Numbered from the stretch's first letter, positions 44,677 to 54,758 are shown. The stretch is 64,000 nucleotides of DNA from an uncultured Flavobacteriia bacterium (GCA_903873915.1 CAIQQH010000100.1:17759-81758), one strand, 5' to 3'. Notes: generated by a model not told the origin, from the sequence alone. Numbers and translations: made by a program.

Positions 44677-46068
44677 ATGAGCACTCGGACGAAACTTGGA
44701 ATTATTGTCCTTTTCGCTCTTGTTACCTTGATTGTTCTTAATGAAATCAATCTCACATTTCTCGAACCCCATTATCCCTACAAACAAGGCTTAATCACCA
44801 CGGCTGACGAGTACAGTTATTTCTCGGCTGCCGAACAATTGTTGAAAACGGGGGAATGGAATGTCAACAGCACGGGTGAAAAAGCATACATCCGCACGCC
44901 AGGTTACGGCTTCATTTATTTTGTAGCACTCGCGCTAGGTGGAACACATGCCTTTGTTGTGCTTAAATGCATTCAATTGCTCCTTTTCGCAGGAAGCATT
45001 GTTCTTTTCTTTCGGCTTGCGCGCTTGTTTACCGATGAAAAATTAAGTCTGATTGCTACAGCCATCTATGCACTTCTCCCCTGCTTTTCGGGATTTACCT
45101 ATTACACCCTATCCGAATCCGTATTGCCCTTTTTTGTGCTGGCCTGGATATATTCCCTGCTCGTCCGAACTGAAAAAAATCAATGGCTGATGCTTTTGTT
45201 TTCGACTGCTGCACTCGTGATAATTCGACCGCAACTCATTGTCTTTCCACTGATCATGCTGGGGTATTATGCCGTCAAACGAGAGAAAGCTGTCTTCGCC
45301 CTACTCCTTGGACTTCTGCCCTTTCTTGCTTGGCAAGTCCGCACCATGACCATCATAGGCGAATGGCCCGGTCTGCATCCGATTTATTCAACCAACAACA
45401 ATTCCTTATACCGTCCGCCCCACCAAGAGATGACCGATGTGTTTCACATTTGGGAATACCGCGGGGATGTATTTCATGGCAACATGGGTTTGCTGTCGGG
45501 AGATACCACACAAAGAGCGAGAGAAAAGGTATTGCAAACCGTGCCAAAAGGCTATCGAAAGGATCTTGAACCCGTACTACAGGAATTTCAACAATTCAGG
45601 TGGCGACAACAAAGCTATGCTGGAAAAGCGCTGCATGGCTATTTGCCAGGGGAAGAGCGCTTGATTCAAAACATCCGCCAAGTGCGCGAAAAACTCCGTG
45701 CAGAACATAGAATTGACAACCTCATCCTTACCCCTCTCAAAAGTTTCAAGCAGCTTATTGGGACATCCATGATGAATCTGTATGTATTTCAAGCGCCATA
45801 CAAGCAGACGTGGGTAGTACTTGGATTGAAAGCAATCAGTTTTGGGCTTATACTTTTGGGACTGCTTTCGGGTATTTGGGTGTTGATACGTTCCAATGAT
45901 CCGCGACTAAAATTACTTGCTTTGGCCTTGTTCGCCTCTATATTCTACCTTTCTTTTTTCCAGCGGATGAATGAAGAACGCTACCTCTATCCGTATTTGC
46001 CGGTGCTGCTGTTGTTTGTTGTTGTATATTCTTCACATTTAGGGAAATTTACATTCAAAAAAAAATAA
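44677..46068 (+). CDS. Polytopic membrane protein, GT-C-fold glycosyltransferase-like (ArnT/PMT-like)
   Basis: ~11 hydrophobic helices, with an acidic first-loop motif TTADEYSYF and RTPGYGFIYF reminiscent of GT39/GT83 enzymes. Assignment is tentative. Confidence 0.4.
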   Translation: MSTRTKLGIIVLFALVTLIVLNEINLTFLEPHYPYKQGLITTADEYSYFSAAEQLLKTGEWNVNSTGEKAYIRTPGYGFIYFVALALGGTHAFVVLKCIQLLLFAGSIVLFFRLARLFTDEKLSLIATAIYALLPCFSGFTYYTLSESVLPFFVLAWIYSLLVRTEKNQWLMLLFSTAALVIIRPQLIVFPLIMLGYYAVKREKAVFALLLGLLPFLAWQVRTMTIIGEWPGLHPIYSTNNNSLYRPPHQEMTDVFHIWEYRGDVFHGNMGLLSGDTTQRAREKVLQTVPKGYRKDLEPVLQEFQQFRWRQQSYAGKALHGYLPGEERLIQNIRQVREKLRAEHRIDNLILTPLKSFKQLIGTSMMNLYVFQAPYKQTWVVLGLKAISFGLILLGLLSGIWVLIRSNDPRLKLLALALFASIFYLSFFQRMNEERYLYPYLPVLLLFVVVYSSHLGKFTFKKK

Positions 46069-46134
46069 GCCAGTTTTCGACCCATTTTAAAAGCACTGTT
46101 ATTCTAAACCAATTAATGCGTTTAATGCTTTGTT

Positions 46135-46629
46135 ATGAAAAGTCTGAACGTCCTCTTCGCCTTGATTTTATTGGCAGCGTGTGTTAAACAAACACCTGTT
46201 CAGCAAGTGAATTATTCGGGAACATACGTCATTACAAAAATTACCAGTTCTTTGATTTCAAATACAAGTATTAGCAATAATTGTGTGTTTGAAAATGGAG
46301 AACAATACATTGAAAACAGCGAAATTCCGGCATTAGACACCATTGTTACTGATCAATTTTTACTCAAAATAAGTACTTCATCTATTTCTTTTTCACCGAC
46401 TATTTCAGTGACAGACACAACTTGGAAATTCAATTATCCTTTGATATTTGAATCATTCAATACCAACTTGAATTTAGGGAGATTTACATTTTTCGCAAAT
46501 GGAACGAAGAGAATTTGGAAACTAACTTCAGTCATAAATAATCAGTTAATTCTTGCGCCATCTGGAATTTGGCCGAATGGAAACGCTGGTGCTAATGTTC
46601 AAATTACACTTCAATTGAAAAAACTATGA
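46135..46629 (+). CDS. Small lipoprotein, lipocalin-like (1 of 3 in tandem)
   Basis: Lipobox LLAAC, then GTYVITKI... and ...RIWKLTSVINNQLIL, which resemble the start and end strands of lipocalin-like domains. AT-rich gene. Confidence 0.5.
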   Translation: MKSLNVLFALILLAACVKQTPVQQVNYSGTYVITKITSSLISNTSISNNCVFENGEQYIENSEIPALDTIVTDQFLLKISTSSISFSPTISVTDTTWKFNYPLIFESFNTNLNLGRFTFFANGTKRIWKLTSVINNQLILAPSGIWPNGNAGANVQITLQLKKL

Positions 46630-47069
46630 AAACGATTTATTTCATTCTTGCACTGATTACGTTATCTGCTTGCCATAAAGACGCCCTCACTGAAAATCCC
46701 CCAAATCCCCCTGTTGATTACACTGGTGACACAACTGTTTTGGATACTACAATCAATCTAATTGGTGAAGTATGGGTGATTACCGATTATCGAATAGGTG
46801 AACTTGGTCCAATAATCCCAATTTCAGATACCATTCAGTTTATAGACAATCACAATTATTCCTATTCGCAAATGCCTTCAACATATAGCTTTTACGTTAC
46901 CGCTTCCTCCTATAGTTTAACCTTAAATAATACTCCTTGGGGAAATCTGAGTGGGTCTATGTTTACCTACAACATTGCGCAAGGAATAGTGAATGGGATC
47001 AAATTCCATGACATCACCATGGGATCATCAAACGGAAGTGACTATTATTTATGGATGCATCGCCTTTAA
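46626..47069 (+). CDS. Small lipoprotein, lipocalin-like (2 of 3)
   Basis: Lipobox TLSAC, then GEVWVITDY. 4-nt ATGA overlap with the preceding gene. Confidence 0.5.
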   Translation: MKTIYFILALITLSACHKDALTENPPNPPVDYTGDTTVLDTTINLIGEVWVITDYRIGELGPIIPISDTIQFIDNHNYSYSQMPSTYSFYVTASSYSLTLNNTPWGNLSGSMFTYNIAQGIVNGIKFHDITMGSSNGSDYYLWMHRL

Positions 47070-47080
47070 ATTTTTAAGAC

Positions 47081-47614
47081 ATGAAGAATATCATTTATCT
47101 ATTCATTTTCTCGGGAATTTTAGGATTAAACTCCTGTTTAAAATATAGTCAACCGAGTTCTCCAAAACTTTCCGGTGAATGGAGATTCGATCAAATGGAT
47201 TATATGCGTATTGAAAATGACGACACCTTGAATCCCATTGTGTATTCTCCTGGCGACATCTATACCAATTCCAACGATAAATTTCCTTTAGACAGCATCA
47301 ACATCGGGTTTACTCGCATATCGATGGATTACGGTTCAATTCGCTTTAATCCAATAGCTAAATTTGGTGGAGGAACCGATTGGCTAAAAACATATTTTCA
47401 CACTGTTACTGAGGTCAACAACGCGTTCCCTGGGTTTCTGTGTTTTGAGACAGAATTTGGGAAAAACGTATGGAAAATAGTCTATACCGATTATGAAACA
47501 ATGATTCTTCAATTCAAAGGAGAATGGGATCCGAATTCATTGGGCTTTTTTGCGTTGCAATCGGCTGACAATTATGATGTGCTTACAGCAAGATTTACTC
47601 GGGTTGGACCTTAA
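47081..47614 (+). CDS. Small lipoprotein, lipocalin-like (3 of 3)
   Basis: Lipobox GLNSC, then SGEWRFDQMDY... and ...VWKIVYTDYETMILQF. Confidence 0.5.
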   Translation: MKNIIYLFIFSGILGLNSCLKYSQPSSPKLSGEWRFDQMDYMRIENDDTLNPIVYSPGDIYTNSNDKFPLDSINIGFTRISMDYGSIRFNPIAKFGGGTDWLKTYFHTVTEVNNAFPGFLCFETEFGKNVWKIVYTDYETMILQFKGEWDPNSLGFFALQSADNYDVLTARFTRVGP

Positions 47615-47657
47615 TACTTTGAACGTAAAACCAGAGTGTGAAAATGAGTCATTTCAT

Positions 47658-47690
47658 AAAAAAAGCGGTATCATCGACACCGCTCTTTAT
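47658..47690 (-). terminator. Rho-independent terminator for sodA (possibly bidirectional)
   Basis: AGCGGT-atcatcgac-ACCGCT hairpin (47664..47684). On the minus strand it is followed by a U-tract from the A-run at 47658..47663; on the plus strand by CTTTAT. Lies between convergent genes. Confidence 0.6.
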
Positions 47691-47711
47691 ATTTCTTAAC
47701 TCGTTTTCTGC

Positions 47712-48311
47712 TTACAAAGCCGCTGCATACCTGCGAGCTACCTCGTCCCAGTTGATCACATTGAAAAATGCGTTCACATAGTCTGGACGACGGTTTTGGT
47801 ACTTCAAGTAATAGGCGTGCTCCCAAACATCAATCGCTAGAATTGGTGTTCCTTGGCAACCTTCGCCCATCAATGGGTTGTCTTGGTTTGGTGTAGAACA
47901 AACTTCAAGTTTTCCTCCAACCACGCACAACCAAGCCCAGCCTGATCCAAAGCGCGTTGCTGCAGCTTTGCTGAATTCTTCTTTGAACGCGTCAAACGAT
48001 CCGAATGCAGCATCAATCGCTGCTGCCACATCTCCAGTTGGATGTCCACCCGCATTTGGTGCCATCACTTCCCAAAAAAGCTTGTGGTTCCAGAATCCGC
48101 CACCGTTGTTGCGCACTGCTGGTTTATCTTTACATGCCATTAAAATTTCTTCAATGGACTTGCCCTCCAACTCCGTTCCTGCGATAGCAGCGTTCAAGTT
48201 TGTCGTATAGGCGTTGTGGTGTTTTGAATGATGAATTTCCATCGTCATTGCATCGATATGCGGCTCCAAGGCATCGTACGCATAAGGCAATTTTGGTAGT
48301 TCGAAAGCCAT
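47712..48311 (-). CDS. sodA: Superoxide dismutase (Mn-type signature)
   Basis: [60 protein letters not shown]. The G-G-G-x-x-N-H and N-Q-D patterns favour the Mn class. Confidence 0.9.
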   Translation of the reverse strand: MAFELPKLPYAYDALEPHIDAMTMEIHHSKHHNAYTTNLNAAIAGTELEGKSIEEILMACKDKPAVRNNGGGFWNHKLFWEVMAPNAGGHPTGDVAAAIDAAFGSFDAFKEEFSKAAATRFGSGWAWLCVVGGKLEVCSTPNQDNPLMGEGCQGTPILAIDVWEHAYYLKYQNRRPDYVNAFFNVINWDEVARRYAAAL

Positions 48312-48359
48312 AATTTGTGTGTTTTAAAGGATAAAAATAGAGTGTTTCTTTATTGCAGT

Positions 48360-48367
48360 CAAAAGTA
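48360..48367 (-). promoter_or_regulatory. -7 promoter box (TACTTTTG on the minus strand) for sodA
   Basis: Plus strand CAAAAGTA, 48 nt upstream of ATG 48311. Confidence 0.4.
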
Positions 48368-48477
48368 CTAAAAACTGACTTGCTGAACAATTTATCCCGC
48401 CCTATTGTTCAAGCACATTCCCAAAAATTGAATATTGAATAAAATTTCCTTGTATCTTCGCCTAAACTTTATACACT

Positions 48478-50229
48478 ATGAGAATAATTACTAGCTTGAT
48501 TGTCATTGCATTAACACATTTTTCGTTCGGACAATGTACCATCGACTTCACACCAACAAGCACAGGGATTTATCCCGATACGCTGCCAACTGGCTATGTT
48601 GGTCAGCCTTACGACACCGACATTACCTTCTTCATGCCCTTGGATACCTTGGGTTACGATTTCACCAATTTCAAAATTCTTTCGGTTTCACTTCCAGTAG
48701 GATTGAACTGGCAATGCAACAACGCAGCAAACGGCTGTAACTACAACCCACAACAAAGCCAGTACGGCTGTGTGAACATCGCCGGTACACCCTTGCTTGC
48801 TGGACAATACAGCGTTGAAGTTACGGTGATTGCCGACCTTACGATTGTTCAAGGGTATCCGTTTACCTTCCAGATTTACCTAGAAATTCTTCCGAGCAAC
48901 GTGACCACGTCCAACGATGGATTTACCATGGTAGGTGCAGCCGGTTGTTCACCGATCACGGTTGATTTTACCAACAACAATCCTGGACTTTTGGCCTACA
49001 ACTGGAACTTTGGAAACGGAAACATCTCCAACTCAGAAAACCCAGCTCCGCAAGTGTACAACGCACCTGGTGATTATGTGGTGAACTACACCGCCTATGC
49101 CAACTTGGATACGGTGTATGTCTATACCTTGACGAATGTTACCGTGAATTCCATGTCGAACTATGGAAATGGATTCCCTTCGTATGATGTGGCAGATACC
49201 TACATTAAGGTAAAAGAGAATGGAAATGTGATTTACCAATCGAGTGTCATTGGCAATACAAATCCTGCCGTTTCATTTACAACAAGTGTGCTTTTGAATC
49301 CTGCAAACACCTATGTACTTCAAGTGTATGAGGCGGATGAAACCTTTGGTGACCTTTTGTTTGGTGCCGATGACTTCATGGGAAATCACACCATTATGCT
49401 TACAGGATGTAATGGATGTGCGGTCACTGGTGGAGACTCTGGTTCGGGCGCCACTGTAAATTATACCGTGACTCTACAGACCATTCTACCTTCGCCTTCT
49501 GTCATTTCAGTAGATACCATTCACGTTTATGGTTACCCTCCTGTTCCAACTATAACTTACGACCAAGCTTCACATACCTTAACAACACCGGATAACGGAT
49601 ACAGCTACCAATGGTACTTCAATGGAAGTCCAATTGGCGGAGCAACGAGCAGTACCTATGTCGTACCTCAATCTGGAATTTACATTGTAGTTGCCATCAA
49701 CAGCAGTGGATGTGTGGCATTCTCGGATACGATTACGGCCGTATATTGCAGCCCTTGGTTGATGCCGACAATTAACTATGCGAACAATACGAACACGATC
49801 GTTGCAACTGGCGTACCTGTAGGATACAGCATTCAATGGTCATTGGACGGGGTCGCCATCCCAGGCGCAACCAACGACACACTCGTGATGTTGAATTCAG
49901 GAAGTTATACCGTTGCCATGGCTGATACTTTTGGTTGTGTACATACCTCACCGATTTACGCGGCAAGCCTTGGTTTTTCTGAATTGATGAACATGGAATG
50001 GAACATTCAACCGAATCCTGCCAGCGATCAATTCACGATTGCCCTCAACAGCAACCTTTCGATTGACAGCTACGTCATCTTAGATGCATCGGGCCGCGTA
50101 TTGAAAGAAGCACGCTGGGAAGAAGGTCAAGCACAGGTTGTTTCAGCGCGTGACTTGACTACAGGATACTACTTCGTTCAAATCCGCTCTGGTGCACGCA
50201 ACTGGAGCAAGGTGCTGATTAAAGAATAA
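48478..50229 (+). CDS. Secreted protein with a PKD-like domain and a T9SS type-A C-terminal sorting domain
   Basis: Signal peptide. PITVDFTNNNPG..YNWNFGNGNISNSENP..VYNAPGDYVV (PKD-like). C-terminus WNIQPNPASDQFTIALN...ILDASGRVL...LTTGYYFVQIRS...KVLIKE fits the type-A (Por_Secre_tail) pattern. Confidence 0.8.
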   Translation: MRIITSLIVIALTHFSFGQCTIDFTPTSTGIYPDTLPTGYVGQPYDTDITFFMPLDTLGYDFTNFKILSVSLPVGLNWQCNNAANGCNYNPQQSQYGCVNIAGTPLLAGQYSVEVTVIADLTIVQGYPFTFQIYLEILPSNVTTSNDGFTMVGAAGCSPITVDFTNNNPGLLAYNWNFGNGNISNSENPAPQVYNAPGDYVVNYTAYANLDTVYVYTLTNVTVNSMSNYGNGFPSYDVADTYIKVKENGNVIYQSSVIGNTNPAVSFTTSVLLNPANTYVLQVYEADETFGDLLFGADDFMGNHTIMLTGCNGCAVTGGDSGSGATVNYTVTLQTILPSPSVISVDTIHVYGYPPVPTITYDQASHTLTTPDNGYSYQWYFNGSPIGGATSSTYVVPQSGIYIVVAINSSGCVAFSDTITAVYCSPWLMPTINYANNTNTIVATGVPVGYSIQWSLDGVAIPGATNDTLVMLNSGSYTVAMADTFGCVHTSPIYAASLGFSELMNMEWNIQPNPASDQFTIALNSNLSIDSYVILDASGRVLKEARWEEGQAQVVSARDLTTGYYFVQIRSGARNWSKVLIKE

Positions 50230-50248
50230 TTGAGCTTTATAGATAATG

Positions 50249-50276
50249 AAAGGGATTCGAAAGGGTCCCTTTTTTT
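50249..50276 (+). terminator. Rho-independent terminator after the T9SS type-A cargo gene
   Basis: AAAGGGA-ttcgaaaggg-TCCCTTT followed by TTTT. Lies 20 nt after the stop. Confidence 0.6.
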
Positions 50277-50364
50277 GTTGGTGATAGATTGAATCCGTGA
50301 TGGCGATCATTTCATTTAGCCACGGGTTTTAACCCGGGGTGTTTGAATGGTTTTTGAGGAGATA

Positions 50365-50389
50365 AATCAACCATTTTAATGGTTTACCT
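50365..50389 (-). repeat. Copy 2 (inverted) of the exact 25-nt repeat AGGTAAACCATTAAAATGGTTGATT
   Basis: Reverse complement of 50365..50389 equals 14807..14831. An adjacent imperfect palindrome CCACGGGTTTTAACCCGGGG lies at ~50311..50330. Confidence 0.85.
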
Positions 50390-50426
50390 TGGGTAAAATT
50401 TAAAACAATTCCACTCTGTTTTTTAC

Positions 50427-51698
50427 CTACCTATACTTCCCCTCATACTTCTCATACAGCGCCTTCTGCGCATTGTCCAAGGACATAAATAGACCATTGA
50501 TCATCGCCATTGTGACATTATTGGTGCGCATGTCGATGGCTGATCCAACCGAAACAAAAAGTGTCGCAGATTTTCCTTCCTCCACGCTGCCGTAGTCTTT
50601 GTCGATACCCAAGATTTTGCAGGCACTCAACGAAACGGCTGCAACGGCTTGTTCTTCGGTGAGTCCATAGGCCTTGGCCGTGCCTGCCAAAAACGGTATG
50701 TTCCGCGCATTCATGGCTTCCATGTCGCCTTCGTTCTGCAAGCAGAATGGAACTCCCGCCGTTTGCAATAAATAGGGCAACTTGAAGGGTTGATCCACAG
50801 CGTCTTCTTCGCGCTCTGGCAAGGAATGTAAACGGGTAATCATCACGGAAAACCCAGCATCTATGAGCTGCTTTGGAACCAAATAGGCATCATTTCCGCC
50901 GATAATCACTGGATGTTTGAAATCGTATTTGTTGGAAAAGCTGATGATGTCGAGCAATTGTTGGATGTCGTTGGCATGGAAATACACGCGTTTCTTTCCG
51001 TCAAAACACCCTTTCATGGCATCGAGACGTCCATCCGTTTGTTGATCGGCAGGAAGCTTCGTGTAGGCCTCTGCCATGTCGAAAAAGGTCGTCATCTCGC
51101 GTTTCTGTGCGTCATACTGCTCGTTGCGTTTTACACCTTCGCCCCAGTTGCCCTGAGTGCTGGATGGCCAATTGACATGAATTCCATCGTCTTTGAGTAC
51201 GGTCGCGTCTTCCCAATTCCAGCCGTCCATGGCCATCACGGAGGAAGTGCCAGAAATACTGCCCCCACGTGGAGTGGCTTGGGTCAACAAAACGCCATTG
51301 GTGCGCACGGTGCTGATGACCTTGGATTCGACATTAAATGCAATTTGTGAGCGAACATGTGGATTATAGATGCCTACCTCGTTGTAATCCCTCGTGGCAC
51401 GAACCGCATCAATTTCAGTAAGTCCTAGCGTGGAGTTCGGCGCGACGAACCCCGGATAAATGTGCTGTCCTTCCAAATCAATGATGGTGTCCCATTCCTC
51501 TGTTTTGTAGGTATAGGCCAAGGAATTTTTCACCAAGGTGATTTTCCCGTTCTTGACACCAACAAGCGCACTTTCGAGGACTTCACCCGTTCCGATGTGG
51601 AGGTATCCATTCAAGAGGAGCACTGACTTTCCATCGGCTTGTGCACTTAGGTTTAAAGCCGTGAAGAGCAAACTAAAAACAACTATACATTTCATCAT
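50427..51698 (-). CDS. Secreted amidohydrolase-superfamily protein lacking the canonical HxH metal motif
   Basis: Signal peptide. The N-terminal strand ...IIDLEGQHIYPGFVAPNSTLGL occupies the position where amidohydrolases have PG(F/L)ID-H-x-H. Downstream partner of the 1016-aa amidohydrolase (9-nt gap). Confidence 0.6.
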   Translation of the reverse strand: MMKCIVVFSLLFTALNLSAQADGKSVLLLNGYLHIGTGEVLESALVGVKNGKITLVKNSLAYTYKTEEWDTIIDLEGQHIYPGFVAPNSTLGLTEIDAVRATRDYNEVGIYNPHVRSQIAFNVESKVISTVRTNGVLLTQATPRGGSISGTSSVMAMDGWNWEDATVLKDDGIHVNWPSSTQGNWGEGVKRNEQYDAQKREMTTFFDMAEAYTKLPADQQTDGRLDAMKGCFDGKKRVYFHANDIQQLLDIISFSNKYDFKHPVIIGGNDAYLVPKQLIDAGFSVMITRLHSLPEREEDAVDQPFKLPYLLQTAGVPFCLQNEGDMEAMNARNIPFLAGTAKAYGLTEEQAVAAVSLSACKILGIDKDYGSVEEGKSATLFVSVGSAIDMRTNNVTMAMINGLFMSLDNAQKALYEKYEGKYR

Positions 51699-51707
51699 TC
51701 GAACTAC

Positions 51708-54700
51708 TTAATGGGAATTTTCTTCTTCGCTACCTTCTTCACCAATGGTGTCGCAATGGTAATGACGGCGGTGTTTTTTAATGAATGGCTTGGCTGACTC
51801 TCCGCGCTTGTTGGCATCGAGCATCTTTGAAATGATCCGCGCTTTTTCGGCTTGATTTCGCACATTGCGTTCGCTTTCTTTGTTCGCATCGTACAGCACG
51901 ACCCCATCCACCAAGGTCATCTGAACGACCGCATTCACACTCAATGGATTGTCTGACCACAACACGACGTCTGCATCTTTACCGACAGTAACAGAACCCA
52001 TTTGCTGGTCCAAGTGCAACAATTTCGCTGGATTCAAGGTCACCATCTTCCAGGCCTCTTCTTCGCTCATTCCACCGTACTTCACGGCCTTGGCAGCCTC
52101 TTGATTTAAGCGTCGTCCCATCTCGGCATCGTCCGAATTGATCGAAACAACGACCCCTTGATCGGCCATCATTTTGGCATTGTAGGGAATGGCATCGTTC
52201 ACCTCAAACTTATAGGCCCACCAATCTGAAAAAGTAGATCCTCCAGCGCCGTGAGCCGCCATTTTATCCGCGACTTTGTAGCCCTCAAGGATGTGTGTGA
52301 AGGTGTTGATTTTGAAACCCATCGAATCCGCCACATGCATGAACATATTGACTTCCGATTGCACATAAGAGTGGCATGTAATGAAACGCTCTGAACGCAA
52401 GATCTCTGCAAGTACTTCGAGTTCCAAGTCTGTCCCTGGCTTGGCATTCTTTACTGAATCTTTCTTGTATGCCTCCCAAGAATTCATGTACTCGCGTGCA
52501 CGCGTGAAGGCATCGAAGTACACTTGTTCAACACCCATGCGTGTTTGAGGAAAGCGCACAGTGCTCCGATCTCCCCAGTTGGCTTGCTTCACATTTTCTC
52601 CCAAGGCGAACTTGATGAACTTTGGTGCGTTATCGATGAGCATTTCATCAGGCGATGATCCCCACTTCAATTTGATCAAGGCCGACTGACCACCGATTGG
52701 ATTGGCCGAGCCATGTAGCAGTTGCGCTGCTGTTACGCCTCCTGCCAATTGGCGGTATATGTTGATGTCGTCTGGATTCACCACATCACTTATGCTTACT
52801 TCTGCAGAAATCGCTTGACCACCCTCGTTCACTCCTTTCGAAATGGCAATGTGCGAATGTTCATCGATAATCCCTGACGTAAGATGTAAGCCTTTTGCAT
52901 CGATCACTTGTGCCCCTGTTGGAATTACAAAATTTCCGGTCCCTACAAAGGTGATTTTTCCATCCTTCACAAAGACCGTTGCCCCTTTGATGATCCCTTG
53001 TTTGTCGTTCGTCCAAACTGTAGCATCTTGGAAAACAATGGTTTTTCCTTCGGGAACTTTCTCATTTCCAAAGGCCATATTCGGATACCACAGCGCCCCA
53101 TCCAAGGTGGACTTCGTCTTCTCTTCAGCTGATTTTTCTTCCGCCGCACGGCCATTTCGAATGGCAGACCAGCGGATCCATCTTCCATCGGGTAACATGC
53201 CATCGCCTTCAAAAATTCCAAGTCGAGAGTTCACCTTTCCGTGCAAAATGATGCTTCCATTTAATTTTTCATCCGATAAGTTGAATTGCAGGGTAATGTC
53301 TTCACCCATCAACGCCACAGCTACTTTCGGTGATAGGGTGTCGTAGCTGATGTTGTTTCTACGGTCAAAAACCTTCTTCACCTCTTTGATGCTTGCTTCC
53401 GGTTTTTCGCGATCCCCTTTAAATTCCATTGGAAACTGCATGTCTTCTATGTGTAGATTGTAGGTCCCGCGAATGTCGTGCACCTGAAGCACTTTCAATT
53501 CATTGCGATTTCCGAGCATCCAACTTTCTGTAAGCACTGCTGTTTCTTCCGTAAAAGGATCACCCGACCAAATCGTAAAGCTCGCGCGTTTGCCATTTTC
53601 AAGGCTCCCCACTTGATCCGATACATTCAGCATTTTGGCTGGTTCGATGGTTAAGGCGGCCAAGGCATCTTCAGCGCTTAATCCACGATCAATCGCTAAG
53701 CGGAGATTTTTCCAGAAAGATTCTGGGTTTTTCACTCCTGCCGAAGTCAACACCATGGAAATTCCCTTTTCTTTTACAAAAAACGGATTTGAGGGCGCCA
53801 ATTCCCAATGCTTCAAGTCCGACAAGGGCATTTGACGTACGATGTAGGGGTCATTCACTTGGTAAGCATCTGGGAAATTCAGCAGAACAATCACAGGACG
53901 CTTCAATGCCGCGATTTCTTCCAAGGCCGCATATTCATTTCCCGATCCAAGGTAAATGGCTGAAAGTTTAAATTCGTCTGCAATCTTAGCCATACGCAAG
54001 ATTTCCCATTTGTCCGTCGTTTGGAAGATAAAAGGCAAACGGCGTTGGGCTGAAAGCGCTTCAAGCGATAAATTCGTAGAAGTATGAGATCGGGTATACG
54101 TTTCAAGATCATAAAAAGCCTGACGAATCAAGGCAATCGACCCCATCTGAGACGATGGATACGTTTGGCGAGAAATCCCCTTATCAAAAGTGATGAACGA
54201 AGCCACATCTGAAGCAAGCAATTGACGACTTACATCCTCCACTCCCAAGGACACCAAGGCACCTGTTCCGCGGAAAATTCCATCCTGCGCATGAGTTAGA
54301 GCCAAGCCAAAACCCATCTGTATAAGCGCTTCATTCGCTTTGGATTGAATGGAAAACTGATCGGCTGCACGAACCTCGGGATGTACCGCTTCGTTCCAGT
54401 AATACGCTCCTTTGTTGCTGCTTTCTAGTTGCGGTCGTCCCGAATGGTCATTGGATGGCGTTGGTACATTCGTTCCTACTGAAGACCACGACTCAATGAA
54501 CGCCGGAAGAATCGTGCGTCCGTCGCAATCAATTTCAACTGTTCCTTGCGGTACGATGACGAGCAAGCCAACGTCCAAGATCCGATCACCTTGAATGAGG
54601 AGTGTTCCACGTTCGATGACCTTATCCGACGAAACAACGATCCGCGCATTTCGCAAGGCAATGATGGGTGCTTCAGACGGAGCCATTCCATTGAGTGGAA

Positions 54701-54758
54701 CAGTTTGCCCAGAAGCAAAAACGGAAAGTAGAGCCGAAAAAAGGAGTGCTATTCGCAT
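51708..54758 (-). CDS. Secreted two-module amidohydrolase-family protein (degenerate N-terminal module plus canonical C-terminal module)
   Basis: Signal peptide. First module ...DCDGRTILPAFIESWSSVG has no HxH. Second module ...IDAKGLHLTSGIIDEHSHIAIS has a canonical HxH, and is followed by ...ITCHSY...HILEGY...SINSDD. Confidence 0.7.
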   Translation of the reverse strand: MRIALLFSALLSVFASGQTVPLNGMAPSEAPIIALRNARIVVSSDKVIERGTLLIQGDRILDVGLLVIVPQGTVEIDCDGRTILPAFIESWSSVGTNVPTPSNDHSGRPQLESSNKGAYYWNEAVHPEVRAADQFSIQSKANEALIQMGFGLALTHAQDGIFRGTGALVSLGVEDVSRQLLASDVASFITFDKGISRQTYPSSQMGSIALIRQAFYDLETYTRSHTSTNLSLEALSAQRRLPFIFQTTDKWEILRMAKIADEFKLSAIYLGSGNEYAALEEIAALKRPVIVLLNFPDAYQVNDPYIVRQMPLSDLKHWELAPSNPFFVKEKGISMVLTSAGVKNPESFWKNLRLAIDRGLSAEDALAALTIEPAKMLNVSDQVGSLENGKRASFTIWSGDPFTEETAVLTESWMLGNRNELKVLQVHDIRGTYNLHIEDMQFPMEFKGDREKPEASIKEVKKVFDRRNNISYDTLSPKVAVALMGEDITLQFNLSDEKLNGSIILHGKVNSRLGIFEGDGMLPDGRWIRWSAIRNGRAAEEKSAEEKTKSTLDGALWYPNMAFGNEKVPEGKTIVFQDATVWTNDKQGIIKGATVFVKDGKITFVGTGNFVIPTGAQVIDAKGLHLTSGIIDEHSHIAISKGVNEGGQAISAEVSISDVVNPDDINIYRQLAGGVTAAQLLHGSANPIGGQSALIKLKWGSSPDEMLIDNAPKFIKFALGENVKQANWGDRSTVRFPQTRMGVEQVYFDAFTRAREYMNSWEAYKKDSVKNAKPGTDLELEVLAEILRSERFITCHSYVQSEVNMFMHVADSMGFKINTFTHILEGYKVADKMAAHGAGGSTFSDWWAYKFEVNDAIPYNAKMMADQGVVVSINSDDAEMGRRLNQEAAKAVKYGGMSEEEAWKMVTLNPAKLLHLDQQMGSVTVGKDADVVLWSDNPLSVNAVVQMTLVDGVVLYDANKESERNVRNQAEKARIISKMLDANKRGESAKPFIKKHRRHYHCDTIGEEGSEEENSH

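Noticed and set aside
46100-47650. AT-rich segments (26983..28382, 46100..47650, 56850..57820) considered as integrated mobile elements or defence islets
   Set aside because: I could see no integrase, transposase or recombinase, no tRNA or direct-repeat boundaries, and no nuclease, ATPase or other defence-type domains. Each holds only one to three small membrane or secreted proteins. Horizontal origin remains possible but is unsupported.
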